A stretch of DNA of 39,880 nt from an uncultured Candidatus Saccharibacteria bacterium (GTDB lineage Bacteria > Patescibacteriota > Minisyncoccia > UBA6257 > Colwellbacteraceae): the NCBI GenBank assembly GCA_964633405.1, contig CAZWFV010000001.1, positions 1 through 39,880 on the forward strand. Reading direction: 5' to 3'. Under the pieces are notes generated by a model, which saw only the letters and a program-made list of their open reading frames with translations, searched no databases and was not told where the DNA came from. The position numbers were made by a program, and so were the translations under genes. Within the stretch, counting starts at the first letter, position 1, and each line of letters begins with the position of its first letter. Positions 7,188-16,330 of this stretch are shown piece after piece.

Positions 7188-9161
7188 ATGGCATACAGGA
7201 CTAAAAATCCTCCTTCAAGGAGGGGATTCACCCTCATCGAGATGCTCCTCTATATAGCTATCTTTGCTATTACGGCGGGGATGATCACCAGCATCATGGT
7301 TAACGCTCTGCGCGTTCAGAGCGGCGAGAACAGCTCCACCGAGGTAAGTTCTCAGCTTAACCACGTCCTGACAACGGTCCAGCGCCTGGTCCAGCAATCC
7401 AGCGAAGTGGAATACACCTATGAAGGCACAAGCACGTCAACGCCTTGTACACAGTACTGTACCCTGGAATTGCGCATGGTTCCGGATACCACAATAGACC
7501 CTACCTGCATCAGTTCCGATGCAACGGGGGTATATATACAACAGGGCGGCGGTGACACCCACGGTGGCCTATGCAACGGTTCCAAAACCCTACTAACCAA
7601 TTCTCAGATAAAGGTGAATAATCTGATCTTTACCGTGTATAACATCGCTGGCGGAAACAGCACTGTCCAAGTCAATGCTTCTTTCTCGTACAACACCAAT
7701 AATCCGGAATTGGCGGTTACCAAGACCTTGGAATCGGCTATTGGCAGAGTCTCTGCCGCCACCTTCGATTCATCTCTCCTGCCGACCTCGGACAATTCTT
7801 TGAGCATAGGTCAGTCCGGTTCTCCGGCTCTAAGGTGGCAGAATGTTTATCTGTCTGGAGAATTGGGCCTGGGCACCTCGCCCACCGATATTGGTAGCCC
7901 GGTTCCACCACAGGGTACACTTTATTACAACACCGCTTCCTCTTTAGTCAGGCTATACAACGGAACGAGCTGGATGAACCTTGATCCGTTTATTTCAACC
8001 ACCTCCTCGGCATACTATCTAGGCGGGAATCTCGGCATTGGTACCGCAACGCCCGCTACAACTCTTGATGTGAATGGTACGACAACTATACGATTAGGAC
8101 TCATCCTGCCATTTGTTGCCGCCAACTCTTTTCTTGGTACAAATGCTAGCGGGGCGGTAATAGCTACAACTACTTCGGGAGGATCAGGCGGCAACCCCCT
8201 TACGACTGGAGGTACACCTACGATAACCGTGACAACTCCTTCAAGCACAACGTTAAATGCAGCTGGAAGTATACAATCGTGGACGGTTCCAACAGGAGTT
8301 ACCTCGTTAACGGTGAATGTGCAGGGAGCTTCAACACCTAACGCTTATGGTGGAAGTAGTACGGGTACGGTAGCGGTAACGCCTGGAACGACATATTACT
8401 TCTGCGTAGGGACCCAAGCCTCTGGATCGTCTGGCGGATATTGTGGTGGAGGTAGTGCTGCCTCTGGAGGAGGTGGTGGTAGTGGATACTCCGGTATGTT
8501 CACAAGTAATACTCCGAGTCAGGCAGCTGCACTACTGATTGCGGGTGGCGCTGGCGGCAACGGACAAGTAACAGTCTCTCAATATGGCGGTCCGGGCGGT
8601 GGCACGGCTGGTGATAATGGCTCGGGTTGCGGCCCCGGTGTTGGTGGTACCCAATCTGCTGGAGGAGGTGGCGGATTATGTATCACTGCGGGAACAAGCG
8701 GTAGCGCTTTACAAGGAGGCAATGGCAGTGGAGGAAGTACGGATCCAGGAGGAGGCGGAGGCGGCGGGTATTACGGTGGGGGTGGCGGCGGTTCCGGGAC
8801 AAGCAATGACGGTGGCGGTGGCGGTGGATCGGGATACGCGTCATCTACAGTTACGAGTACCACTACTGCGGTCGGTCTGAACAATGGAGCCGGAATAGCA
8901 ACTATCTCGTACGGCCTGCCGATTGGTACGGTTACAGGTGATAATTATGCGGGAAGGGTAAATGTATCTAACTCCTTTACTTCTATAACAATTGCTTTCA
9001 ACAGTCCATCATTCGTGAACGGAGAGTCGTGCAGTGTGGAGCCGAACAACGCAACAAATACTTACTTCGTTTCATATAACGCTACGACCTCTTTCTCAAC
9101 AACCTTCCAGAACGCCCTAACCGCTGGGCAGAGCTTTAATTATTGGTGCCTAGGTTACTAA
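7188..9161 (+). CDS. Giant chimeric type IV pilin: prepilin N-terminus, tail-fibre-like motifs, glycine-rich (Gly_rich/PGII-type) domain, and a C-terminal beta module
   Basis: Prepilin signal MAYRTKNPPSRRG|FTLIEMLLYIAIFAI with E at +5. Fibre-like motifs include LRWQNVYLSG, LYYNTASSLVRLYNGTSW and NLGIGTATPATTLDVNG. Glycine-rich part: SWTVPTGVTSLTVNVQGA...PGTTYYFCVG...poly-G runs. Confidence 0.8.
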   Translation: MAYRTKNPPSRRGFTLIEMLLYIAIFAITAGMITSIMVNALRVQSGENSSTEVSSQLNHVLTTVQRLVQQSSEVEYTYEGTSTSTPCTQYCTLELRMVPDTTIDPTCISSDATGVYIQQGGGDTHGGLCNGSKTLLTNSQIKVNNLIFTVYNIAGGNSTVQVNASFSYNTNNPELAVTKTLESAIGRVSAATFDSSLLPTSDNSLSIGQSGSPALRWQNVYLSGELGLGTSPTDIGSPVPPQGTLYYNTASSLVRLYNGTSWMNLDPFISTTSSAYYLGGNLGIGTATPATTLDVNGTTTIRLGLILPFVAANSFLGTNASGAVIATTTSGGSGGNPLTTGGTPTITVTTPSSTTLNAAGSIQSWTVPTGVTSLTVNVQGASTPNAYGGSSTGTVAVTPGTTYYFCVGTQASGSSGGYCGGGSAASGGGGGSGYSGMFTSNTPSQAAALLIAGGAGGNGQVTVSQYGGPGGGTAGDNGSGCGPGVGGTQSAGGGGGLCITAGTSGSALQGGNGSGGSTDPGGGGGGGYYGGGGGGSGTSNDGGGGGGSGYASSTVTSTTTAVGLNNGAGIATISYGLPIGTVTGDNYAGRVNVSNSFTSITIAFNSPSFVNGESCSVEPNNATNTYFVSYNATTSFSTTFQNALTAGQSFNYWCLGY

Positions 9162-9213
9162 AGATAGTTAGAGTAACAGTAAAATTAATTTTCACGGCCC
9201 AGGCCATCGGCTG

Positions 9214-9222
9214 TGTTATAAT
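9214..9222 (+). promoter_or_regulatory. Extended -10 promoter element for pilM, leaderless geometry
   Basis: TGtTATAAT at 9214-9222, with the ATG at 9231 lying 8 nt downstream. No SD site and no convincing -35 element. Confidence 0.5.
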
Positions 9223-9230
9223 CAACATAA

Positions 9231-10304
9231 ATGTTCAATCCATTAGGTTCTTGGAGACGCAGAAGTTATTTGGGCGTTGATGTGGGCACCACCTCTATAA
9301 AGATAGTTGAGCTTTCCTCGTCTAATAAACACCCCGTATTGAAAAACTACGGTATTCTGGAGAGTTACGGTCATCTGGAGAGACTAAATAATGCTATTCA
9401 GACCTCGACTCTGAAGATGCTTGACCGCGAGACTGCAGATCTATTGATAATGCTGGTCAAGCAGCTGGATCTTAAAACAGTCGATGCCGTCGCCTCGCTG
9501 CCATCGTTCACCGCCTTCATGGCTCCTCTGGAAATGCCAACTATGTCATCACAGGAAACTGTGCGGGCTATGCAATACCAAGCTAGGCAGTTCGTTCCAT
9601 TGCCTATCTCGGAAGTGGCTCTGGACTGGATCCAGGTTGGTGAGTACACGAACGATAAAGGAAACAGGATGCAGCGCTTTTTCCTTATTTCCGTTCCCAA
9701 TGAACAGATTAGGAAATACCAGCGTATCTTCAAGGCGGCTGGCCTGAATCTGATAGCTCTGGAAGTGGAGGATCTCAGTCTAGCCCGCATATTGACCAGC
9801 GGCGATCCGACCCTCACCTTAGTAATTGACATCGGAGCCCGTTCCACCGCCATCATGGTTGCCAAGAATGGTGTCCTGAAGGGAAGCGGGCAGACTGACT
9901 TTGCCGGCGGTTCGCTGACCCAGGCCGTGTCTGGAGGGTTGAATATCAACATCCGCAGGGCGGAGGAGCTAAAAAAACAGAGAGGGCTATTGGGCAGCGG
10001 AGGGGAATACGAACTTTCCACTTTAATGCTGCCATTCCTGGATGTTATACTAAGTGAGGTGAAAAGGGTGCGGGAAGACTACGAGAAGACGTACAACGAG
10101 AAGGTTGAGCGCATCATAATTTCCGGTGGGGGAGCCAACCTGCTGGGGATAGAGAAGTATATCAGTGACGCATTCAACCTACCTGCCACAAAAGCAGACC
10201 CGTTCTCAAAGATCGTCTACCCTCCCCAGGCCGCTCCGCTAGTTAGCGAGCTTGGACCGCCGTTTTCCGTAGCCCTGGGATTAGGCATCAGGCAGTTTCT
10301 ATAA
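9231..10304 (+). CDS. pilM: Type IV pilus assembly protein PilM (actin-like ATPase fold)
   Basis: N-terminal LGVDVGTTSIKIVEL phosphate-1 motif, later DIGARST and ISGGGANL motifs. It is followed by PilN/O-like genes. Confidence 0.85.
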   Translation: MFNPLGSWRRRSYLGVDVGTTSIKIVELSSSNKHPVLKNYGILESYGHLERLNNAIQTSTLKMLDRETADLLIMLVKQLDLKTVDAVASLPSFTAFMAPLEMPTMSSQETVRAMQYQARQFVPLPISEVALDWIQVGEYTNDKGNRMQRFFLISVPNEQIRKYQRIFKAAGLNLIALEVEDLSLARILTSGDPTLTLVIDIGARSTAIMVAKNGVLKGSGQTDFAGGSLTQAVSGGLNINIRRAEELKKQRGLLGSGGEYELSTLMLPFLDVILSEVKRVREDYEKTYNEKVERIIISGGGANLLGIEKYISDAFNLPATKADPFSKIVYPPQAAPLVSELGPPFSVALGLGIRQFL

Positions 10305-10316
10305 ATACGGGCACAA

Positions 10317-10862
10317 ATGGCATACATAAAGGATACAAACGACCAGTTCCTACAGCACAATCTGCCGATAGGATGGCCTTGGCGCCTGCTTTTATCCATG
10401 GGCATCGTGCTAATAGTTGTCTTATTAGTCTACTTCGGTCTTGCTTTCGGGTACGAAGGTTTCTTGAACAATTCAATCAGTACGCTCAATACCAACCTAA
10501 ATTCGCTTAGCTTGGAGGTATCGCCCACGGACAGAGCCAACTTCGTAAGTTTCTACTCCCAGATTACGAATCTGCAAAACCTATTGGCATCCCACGTCGT
10601 ATCTTCGGGCGTGTTTCCGGTCTTTGAGAATATGACCGACCAGAGCGTTACCTACAGTTCGTTCGGTTTGTCGGTAAAGGATAAGACGGTTACGATCGAC
10701 GGCGTTGCCAAGGATTATAAGACTTTGGCTGATCAGCTGGCGTTATATAAACAGTCGCCGGACGTGAGCGATGTTGTTCTGGAGGGTTCGTCCTTCTCGA
10801 ATAACCAGGTCAGGTTTACGGTCAAACTTACACTAAACGACAATGCGGGCCTCAACCTATAG
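10317..10862 (+). CDS. PilN-like bitopic pilus alignment protein
   Basis: Short cytoplasmic N-terminus, one TM segment, and an extracytoplasmic domain of about 120 aa. It sits directly after pilM. The sequence is divergent, so the call rests on position and topology. Confidence 0.5.
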   Translation: MAYIKDTNDQFLQHNLPIGWPWRLLLSMGIVLIVVLLVYFGLAFGYEGFLNNSISTLNTNLNSLSLEVSPTDRANFVSFYSQITNLQNLLASHVVSSGVFPVFENMTDQSVTYSSFGLSVKDKTVTIDGVAKDYKTLADQLALYKQSPDVSDVVLEGSSFSNNQVRFTVKLTLNDNAGLNL

Positions 10863-11409
10863 ATTGCTTTCAATACTGGGGAGTCTGGTGCTACTGATCA
10901 TAGCGATCGTTAGTTACACGAACCTGGTTGTGCCTGCGTATAACAAGGTCCAGGATCTGCGCAGTGAGCAGCAGGGCATACAGGCGACAACATCTCAGGA
11001 TCAGCAGGCGATTAGCACGGTAAAGAATCTACTTGGACAGTACAACCAGAATTTCTCCCAACTGCACGACAACCTGTCTCAGATATTGCCCGCAGAAGCC
11101 GATGTGCCGGGGATCGTCTACCAGTTGCAAGCTCTGGCGAGCGCAAGGCAGGTGACCATCCAGTCCCTGGGCATACAATATTTGCCGATACAAGCCAAGG
11201 TTACGGACTCGATCACCAGCCCTGTGGGGACGTTGCAGATATCGCTCAATCTAAGCGGCCCGTACGCCTCATTTAAAGCGCTATTGGGCGACATTGAGAC
11301 GAATATCCGCTTGATGGATGTACAATCAATCCAAATAGGAGGCGGTAATCTACCCGGGAAGAATGACTTAAGTTACGCATTGGTCATAGATACTTATTAT
11401 CAGCAATAA
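10843..11409 (+). CDS. PilO-like bitopic pilus alignment protein
   Basis: One TM segment, a coiled-coil segment, then LSQILPAEADVPGIVYQLQALA, a stretch typical of PilO. It overlaps the previous gene by 20 nt. Confidence 0.55.
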   Translation: MRASTYRLLSILGSLVLLIIAIVSYTNLVVPAYNKVQDLRSEQQGIQATTSQDQQAISTVKNLLGQYNQNFSQLHDNLSQILPAEADVPGIVYQLQALASARQVTIQSLGIQYLPIQAKVTDSITSPVGTLQISLNLSGPYASFKALLGDIETNIRLMDVQSIQIGGGNLPGKNDLSYALVIDTYYQQ

Positions 11410-11410
11410 A

Positions 11411-11710
11411 ATGGCTATAGTTGTTGAAAGCGAGAAAAAAAAGAGTCCTACGGTCGCAATAGCGATTGCGATTATTGTGATTGTTATACTGGTTGCTGGT
11501 ACCTACTACCTGTTTTTTAGCCCCGCCCCGGCGATCCAAAACATTATTGTTCCGCGCGACTTACAATCTATTTCCCAGGTGTCTAAGCTCGATGTAAACG
11601 GCGCGGTTCAAAGTCTAACCTCATCCGCAAACTACAACAGTCTTAAGAACACCCTGCCGCCGCAGCAGGTGAATGGTTACGGTCGTTCCGATCCCTTCCA
11701 GCCCTACTAA
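11411..11710 (+). CDS. Small single-pass membrane protein in the PilP position
   Basis: 99 aa with one TM segment and a C-terminal GRSDPFQP motif that recalls the DPF motif of PilP-type proteins. Its stop overlaps the pilB start (TAATG). Confidence 0.4.
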   Translation: MAIVVESEKKKSPTVAIAIAIIVIVILVAGTYYLFFSPAPAIQNIIVPRDLQSISQVSKLDVNGAVQSLTSSANYNSLKNTLPPQQVNGYGRSDPFQPY

Positions 11711-13449
11711 TGGACGACAAGAAATTAATCGAGGCTCTTATAAAGAAATCTCTGCTGCTATCCGATACTGGGCAAAAACTGCTAGCTGAAGCGGCGCAAG
11801 TCAAACGGCCCGTGGAGAACCTTATATATAGTGGCCGCCTTGTCGACGAGGCCAGCGTCGCCAAAGTTAAGAGCGAACTGTTGGGCATACCTTATAAGAC
11901 TGTAGAGTTCGATAAGATACCAGACGATATCCTGAAGCTGATCCCCGAGGAGACGGCCCAGACCTATCGCGTCATACCATTGTCGCGGGACGACAAGATG
12001 TTGGTCGTGGGTATGTTGAACCCCTCGGATGTCAGGGCCCAGGAGGCGCTACGATTCATTGCCAAGCAGAACCGGATGAGCCTCGGCGTATATGTGATCA
12101 CCCCTTCGGACCTGGAGCTGGTGTTGCAACGCTACCGACCGTATCAGTCTGAAATCCAGTCGGCCCTCCAATCGCTGAACATAAAGCCTGGCAGCGGGCT
12201 CAGCGACTTGCAGCGTATAGTACAGATAGAGGAAGGTAAGTCTATATCCGAAGACGCCCCGATTATAAAGATAGTCGCATCGACCCTGGGGTCTGCCGTT
12301 GAGGAGAACTCTTCGGACATACATATCGAACCCCAACGTTCTAGACTGCGCATCCGCTTCAGGACGGACGGCGTGCTTAAAGAGGTGACTTCGTTGCCGC
12401 TTGAGCTTGCCCAACCGGTCATTTCCCGGGTGAAGATATTGGCCAGTCTCAAGATAGACGAGAATCGGATACCGCAGGACGGCAGATTCCGCACGGTCGT
12501 ATTCGGTCGGGACATAGATTTCCGCGTCTCAACCTTCCCGACCCCCGTTGGAGAAAAGGTGGCTATACGCGTTCTCGATCCGACTGTGGGACTGAAGGGG
12601 GTTGATAATCTCGGATTGGTCGGACATAACTCTCAGCTGGTTGACTCCTCCATAAAGCGCCCATACGGGATGATACTTGTTACCGGTCCGACCGGATCGG
12701 GCAAGACGACGACTCTTTATGCCTTGCTGCAGGTCCTGAACACCGAATCGGTTAACATATTAAGCTTGGAGGATCCTGTTGAGTATTTCGTCGACGGTCT
12801 TAACCAGTCACAGGTTAGACCGGATATAGGGTATGATTTCGCCTCCGGGCTGAGACAGATAGTGAGACAGGACCCGGACGTGATCATGGTGGGGGAGATA
12901 CGGGATAGGGAGACGGCTAAGCTGGCCATCGAGGCCGCTCTCACCGGGCAGATCGTCCTTTCTACTCTGCACACTAATAATGCCGCCGGCGTCATACCCA
13001 GGCTTATCGATATGGGAGCAGAGCCATTCCTTCTACCCACAGCGCTGAACCTCATGATCTCCCAACGTCTGGTGCGCCGTCTGTGCGACTCATGTAAGAA
13101 GGAAGAGGAAGCGTCGGCCGATATTCAGGAGATTATAAGAACTGAACTGCGTAAACTTCCCGAGGAGGCCAGAAAAGCAGTTAAGTACGCCGAGCCGTAC
13201 AAGGTCTACCACGCCCCGGGCTGCAAGGTCTGTAAAGGCAAAGGGGCGATAGGACGTATAGCTATATTCGAAGTTATGGCTATGACCAGGGAACTCGAAT
13301 CGATAATATCCTCGGGAGTCGAGGAAGGTAAGCTGATCGACGAGGGCAAACGGCAGGGAATGATCACTATGCGTCAGGATGGGATACTGAAGGCGCTGGA
13401 AGGGACGGTCGCAATAGAGGAAGTTCTCCGGGAGAGCACGGAATCGTGA
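11710..13449 (+). CDS. pilB: Type IV pilus extension ATPase PilB (GspE family)
   Basis: N-terminal T2SSE_N-like domain, Walker A GPTGSGKTTT, Asp/His boxes, and the tetracysteine motif CDSC...CKVCKGKG. Confidence 0.9.
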   Translation: MDDKKLIEALIKKSLLLSDTGQKLLAEAAQVKRPVENLIYSGRLVDEASVAKVKSELLGIPYKTVEFDKIPDDILKLIPEETAQTYRVIPLSRDDKMLVVGMLNPSDVRAQEALRFIAKQNRMSLGVYVITPSDLELVLQRYRPYQSEIQSALQSLNIKPGSGLSDLQRIVQIEEGKSISEDAPIIKIVASTLGSAVEENSSDIHIEPQRSRLRIRFRTDGVLKEVTSLPLELAQPVISRVKILASLKIDENRIPQDGRFRTVVFGRDIDFRVSTFPTPVGEKVAIRVLDPTVGLKGVDNLGLVGHNSQLVDSSIKRPYGMILVTGPTGSGKTTTLYALLQVLNTESVNILSLEDPVEYFVDGLNQSQVRPDIGYDFASGLRQIVRQDPDVIMVGEIRDRETAKLAIEAALTGQIVLSTLHTNNAAGVIPRLIDMGAEPFLLPTALNLMISQRLVRRLCDSCKKEEEASADIQEIIRTELRKLPEEARKAVKYAEPYKVYHAPGCKVCKGKGAIGRIAIFEVMAMTRELESIISSGVEEGKLIDEGKRQGMITMRQDGILKALEGTVAIEEVLRESTES

Positions 13450-13455
13450 TACAAT
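13447..13455 (+). promoter_or_regulatory. Putative internal extended -10 promoter for pilT, leaderless geometry
   Basis: TGaTACAAT at 13447-13455. The TGA is the pilB stop codon. The ATG at 13462 lies 6 nt after the box. Confidence 0.4.
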
Positions 13456-13461
13456 ACGAAT

Positions 13462-14532
13462 ATGGATTACAAACAGAAACTAAACGGCCTATTACTTACT
13501 ACGGCGCGGCAGAATGCCTCGGATTTGCACCTGGCCGTGGGGCGTAAGCCGACTATGAGAGTTGATGGAGTTCTCGTCGGTTTGCAGAAAGAGGACGTTC
13601 TCACCCCCGAAGACACCCAGGGACTGGTCATGACAATGCTTACCGATGAACAGAAACCGAGATTCCTAAAATATGGCGACCTAGACTTCTCCTATACCTT
13701 CGAGGACAAGGCCCGCTTCCGGGTCAACGTCTTCTTCCAAAGGGGATTTATGGCGGCGGCAATGAGACTGATTCCGGCGGAGGTACATACCGTCGAAGAA
13801 TTACATCTCCCGCCGATACTTCATGAGTTCACCAAGATAAACCAGGGTTTCGTCCTGGTGGTGGGGCCGGCCGGTCAAGGAAAATCTACGACCCTGGCCG
13901 CGCTGCTGGACGAGGTTAACCACAAACGTACGGATCACATTATCACCATCGAGGACCCAATCGAATATCTGTTCGTGCAAGACCGTTCCATCGTTTCCCA
14001 ACGCGAGATAATGACCGACAGCCCGTCGTTCCACCGCTCGCTTAGATCCCTCTTAAGGCAGGATCCGGACGTGGTGATGATCGGCGAGATGCGTGACCCG
14101 GAAACTATGTCCACCGCAATGACCGCAGCCGAGACTGGTCACCTGGTATTCTCGACCCTGCATACCAATTCGGCTGCCCAGACAATAGACCGCATCATCG
14201 ACTCTTTCCCTGCAGAGCAGCAGGGGCAGGTTATGTCCCAACTCGCCGCCACTCTCGTCGGTATAGTGTCGCAGCGGCTGATCCCCCGTATAGATGGCGG
14301 GCGTACGCCGGCTTGCGAAGTGATGTTCACCAACTCGGCTATCCGTAACCTGATACGTGAGCGTAAGGTCTATCAGATTGATCTGGTCATAGAAACCAGC
14401 CTGCAGGAGGGGATGACCAGCCTGAACCGCTCACTGGCCGAACTTATCAAACGCAAGGAGATATCACTGGAGAACGGCGAGATGTATTCGCTCAATCCAT
14501 CGGAGCTGAGGATACTGCTTGAGCGCATCTGA
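13462..14532 (+). CDS. pilT: Type IV pilus retraction ATPase PilT
   Basis: Walker A GPAGQGKSTT and the PilT signature AIRNLIRE. The size (356 aa) fits the family. Confidence 0.9.
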   Translation: MDYKQKLNGLLLTTARQNASDLHLAVGRKPTMRVDGVLVGLQKEDVLTPEDTQGLVMTMLTDEQKPRFLKYGDLDFSYTFEDKARFRVNVFFQRGFMAAAMRLIPAEVHTVEELHLPPILHEFTKINQGFVLVVGPAGQGKSTTLAALLDEVNHKRTDHIITIEDPIEYLFVQDRSIVSQREIMTDSPSFHRSLRSLLRQDPDVVMIGEMRDPETMSTAMTAAETGHLVFSTLHTNSAAQTIDRIIDSFPAEQQGQVMSQLAATLVGIVSQRLIPRIDGGRTPACEVMFTNSAIRNLIRERKVYQIDLVIETSLQEGMTSLNRSLAELIKRKEISLENGEMYSLNPSELRILLERI

Positions 14533-14574
14533 TCACTTTCCCGGCTTGGTAAATACGGGCAAATAGATTTACAA

Positions 14575-15783
14575 ATGAAGCTGAACTATAAGGCTCGAAG
14601 CAAAGAAGGGGAGCTGCAAGTCGGCTCCATAGAAGCGGCCTCAAGGGAGGCGGCGGTGAACATACTTTCGGGTCACGACCTCTTTATCCTTTCACTGGAG
14701 GAGGAGAAGAGCAGTCGCTGGTATGATCAAATCCTCGCTTTCCTGAACAGAGTGAAGGCCAAGGATATGATGGTCTTTACCCGGCAGTTTTCCACGCTGT
14801 TAGCTGCACAGGTGCCGTTGGGCGAGGCCTTGCGCACCCTGGAGAAGCAGACCACTAACACAGTCTTAAAAGAAACCATATTCGAGGTTATTTCGGATAT
14901 AGATGCGGGTCTATCTCTCTCCCAATCTCTCGAGAAATACGGCGATGTCTTTTCGTCCTTCTACGTCAATATGATACGTTCGGCCGAGGTCACGGGCCGC
15001 ATGGAACAGACCGTCGACTTTCTGGCAGACTATATAGAGAAGCAGGTCGCCATAACTTCTAAGATATACAATGCGTTGATTTACCCGGTGATTATGATTG
15101 TGCTTTTCATAATCGTCGCGGCGATAATGGCCATTGTCGTTTTGCCGCAGATTCAGCCGATATTCAATCAGGCTGGGGTGGCAACCCCGCTGTTTACGCA
15201 GATAATACTTGATACGGGCAACATACTGGCCAATTGGTGGTACATCGTCGTAATCGCGGTGGTCGCCCTGGCTGCTTTCATAGGCGATTACATGAGGACG
15301 GAAGAAGGTAGGGCAGTGACTGACGAGATATTGCTGCGCACGCCGGTAGTTAGCAGTTTGCTTAAGCGGTTATACGTCTCTCGCTTCGCCGAATCGGTGA
15401 GCGTGCTTACCCGCGGTGGCATTCCTATAGCCCAAAGCCTGGAAATTGCCGGGCAGACTATAGGCAGTTTGATCTATCGCGACGCCCTTCACCAGACCGC
15501 CGAGGATATAAGGCGCGGTGAGCTATTATCCCAGTCACTGGTCAAGAACGTGGAGTATTTCCCCCCGCTGGTATCGCAAATGGTCGCTGTCGGCGAGTCA
15601 ACAGGACGCCTGGATGACCTATTGGAGAAGGTAGCTACGTTTTACACACGTGAGGTTGATGATGCCGTAGCCAATTTAGTAGAATTAATACAGCCGGTAT
15701 TAATGGTTGTGATTGGCCTGTTGGTCGCTGCGCTATTCGCTTCCATCCTTATACCGATATATAACCTATTGCACACGTTTTAA
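14575..15783 (+). CDS. pilC: Type IV pilus platform protein PilC (GspF family)
   Basis: Two T2SSF repeats and three TM segments, 402 aa. Confidence 0.9.
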   Translation: MKLNYKARSKEGELQVGSIEAASREAAVNILSGHDLFILSLEEEKSSRWYDQILAFLNRVKAKDMMVFTRQFSTLLAAQVPLGEALRTLEKQTTNTVLKETIFEVISDIDAGLSLSQSLEKYGDVFSSFYVNMIRSAEVTGRMEQTVDFLADYIEKQVAITSKIYNALIYPVIMIVLFIIVAAIMAIVVLPQIQPIFNQAGVATPLFTQIILDTGNILANWWYIVVIAVVALAAFIGDYMRTEEGRAVTDEILLRTPVVSSLLKRLYVSRFAESVSVLTRGGIPIAQSLEIAGQTIGSLIYRDALHQTAEDIRRGELLSQSLVKNVEYFPPLVSQMVAVGESTGRLDDLLEKVATFYTREVDDAVANLVELIQPVLMVVIGLLVAALFASILIPIYNLLHTF

Positions 15784-15796
15784 AAAATAAACAAAA

Positions 15797-16309
15797 ATGA
15801 AATCACATAGAGGTTTTACCCTTATCGAAATGTTGATCGTTATTGCGATCATCGCCATATTGGCAGGTATAGTTCTGTCTAGCGTGAGTAGTTTCCAGGC
15901 TAGGGCTAGAGACACCCTAAGAATAGGCGACCTTAGAAACATTCAGAACTACCTGGAATTGTTCTTCAATAAGTGTGGATATTACCCGGGCAACGTCGAT
16001 GCTAGTGGTAATTGCACTCTAGGCAATACTCCTACTACATGGCAGGACTTGCAGACTTTGATGACCAAGACTGCGGCTGTAACCACGCAATTCCCAGCGG
16101 ACCCCATACCTTCGCACAGTTTCTGTTATCAGTCCACCAATAACGGTCTTGGTTATGTTGTCGGTGCCATATTGGAACAGAGCAACAGTGTCATAAATAA
16201 CAGTGTCACTACAAACGGGTCAATGAATATCCCCGGCAGTGACGGCGCGGGGGGCGTCTGTCAGTGTGGACCTGGTAGCGCTAACAACAGTTATTGCGTA
16301 AGTTCCTAG
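15797..16309 (+). CDS. Major type IV pilin (PilA/ComGC-like)
   Basis: MKSHRG|FTLIEMLIVIAIIAILAGI prepilin motif followed by ARDTLRIGDLRNIQNYLELF. The C-terminal half is Cys-rich. Confidence 0.85.
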   Translation: MKSHRGFTLIEMLIVIAIIAILAGIVLSSVSSFQARARDTLRIGDLRNIQNYLELFFNKCGYYPGNVDASGNCTLGNTPTTWQDLQTLMTKTAAVTTQFPADPIPSHSFCYQSTNNGLGYVVGAILEQSNSVINNSVTTNGSMNIPGSDGAGGVCQCGPGSANNSYCVSS

Positions 16310-16330
16310 GCCGATAATAGAAAGTATCCA

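Noticed and set aside
8400-8870. Repetitive GGTGGCGG-type DNA considered as a CRISPR array, tandem-repeat locus or DGR variable region.
   Set aside because: There is no repeat-spacer periodicity. The repeats are short, in-frame glycine codon runs. The window contains no reverse transcriptase gene, and I could not see any template repeat by eye.
8584-8880. 98-aa alternative-frame ORF inside the glycine-rich part of the giant pilin.
   Set aside because: It is a frame-shifted reading of GGN repeats, giving A/V/E-rich low-complexity sequence with no start context. It is a by-product of the repeat composition.
9398-10021. 207-aa antisense ORF opposite pilM. Similar long antisense ORFs lie at 5308-5796, 20249-20713 and 29301-29795.
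   Set aside because: These are shadow ORFs opposite well-supported conserved genes. They have S/R/P-rich composition, and no promoter or start context or recognisable motif.
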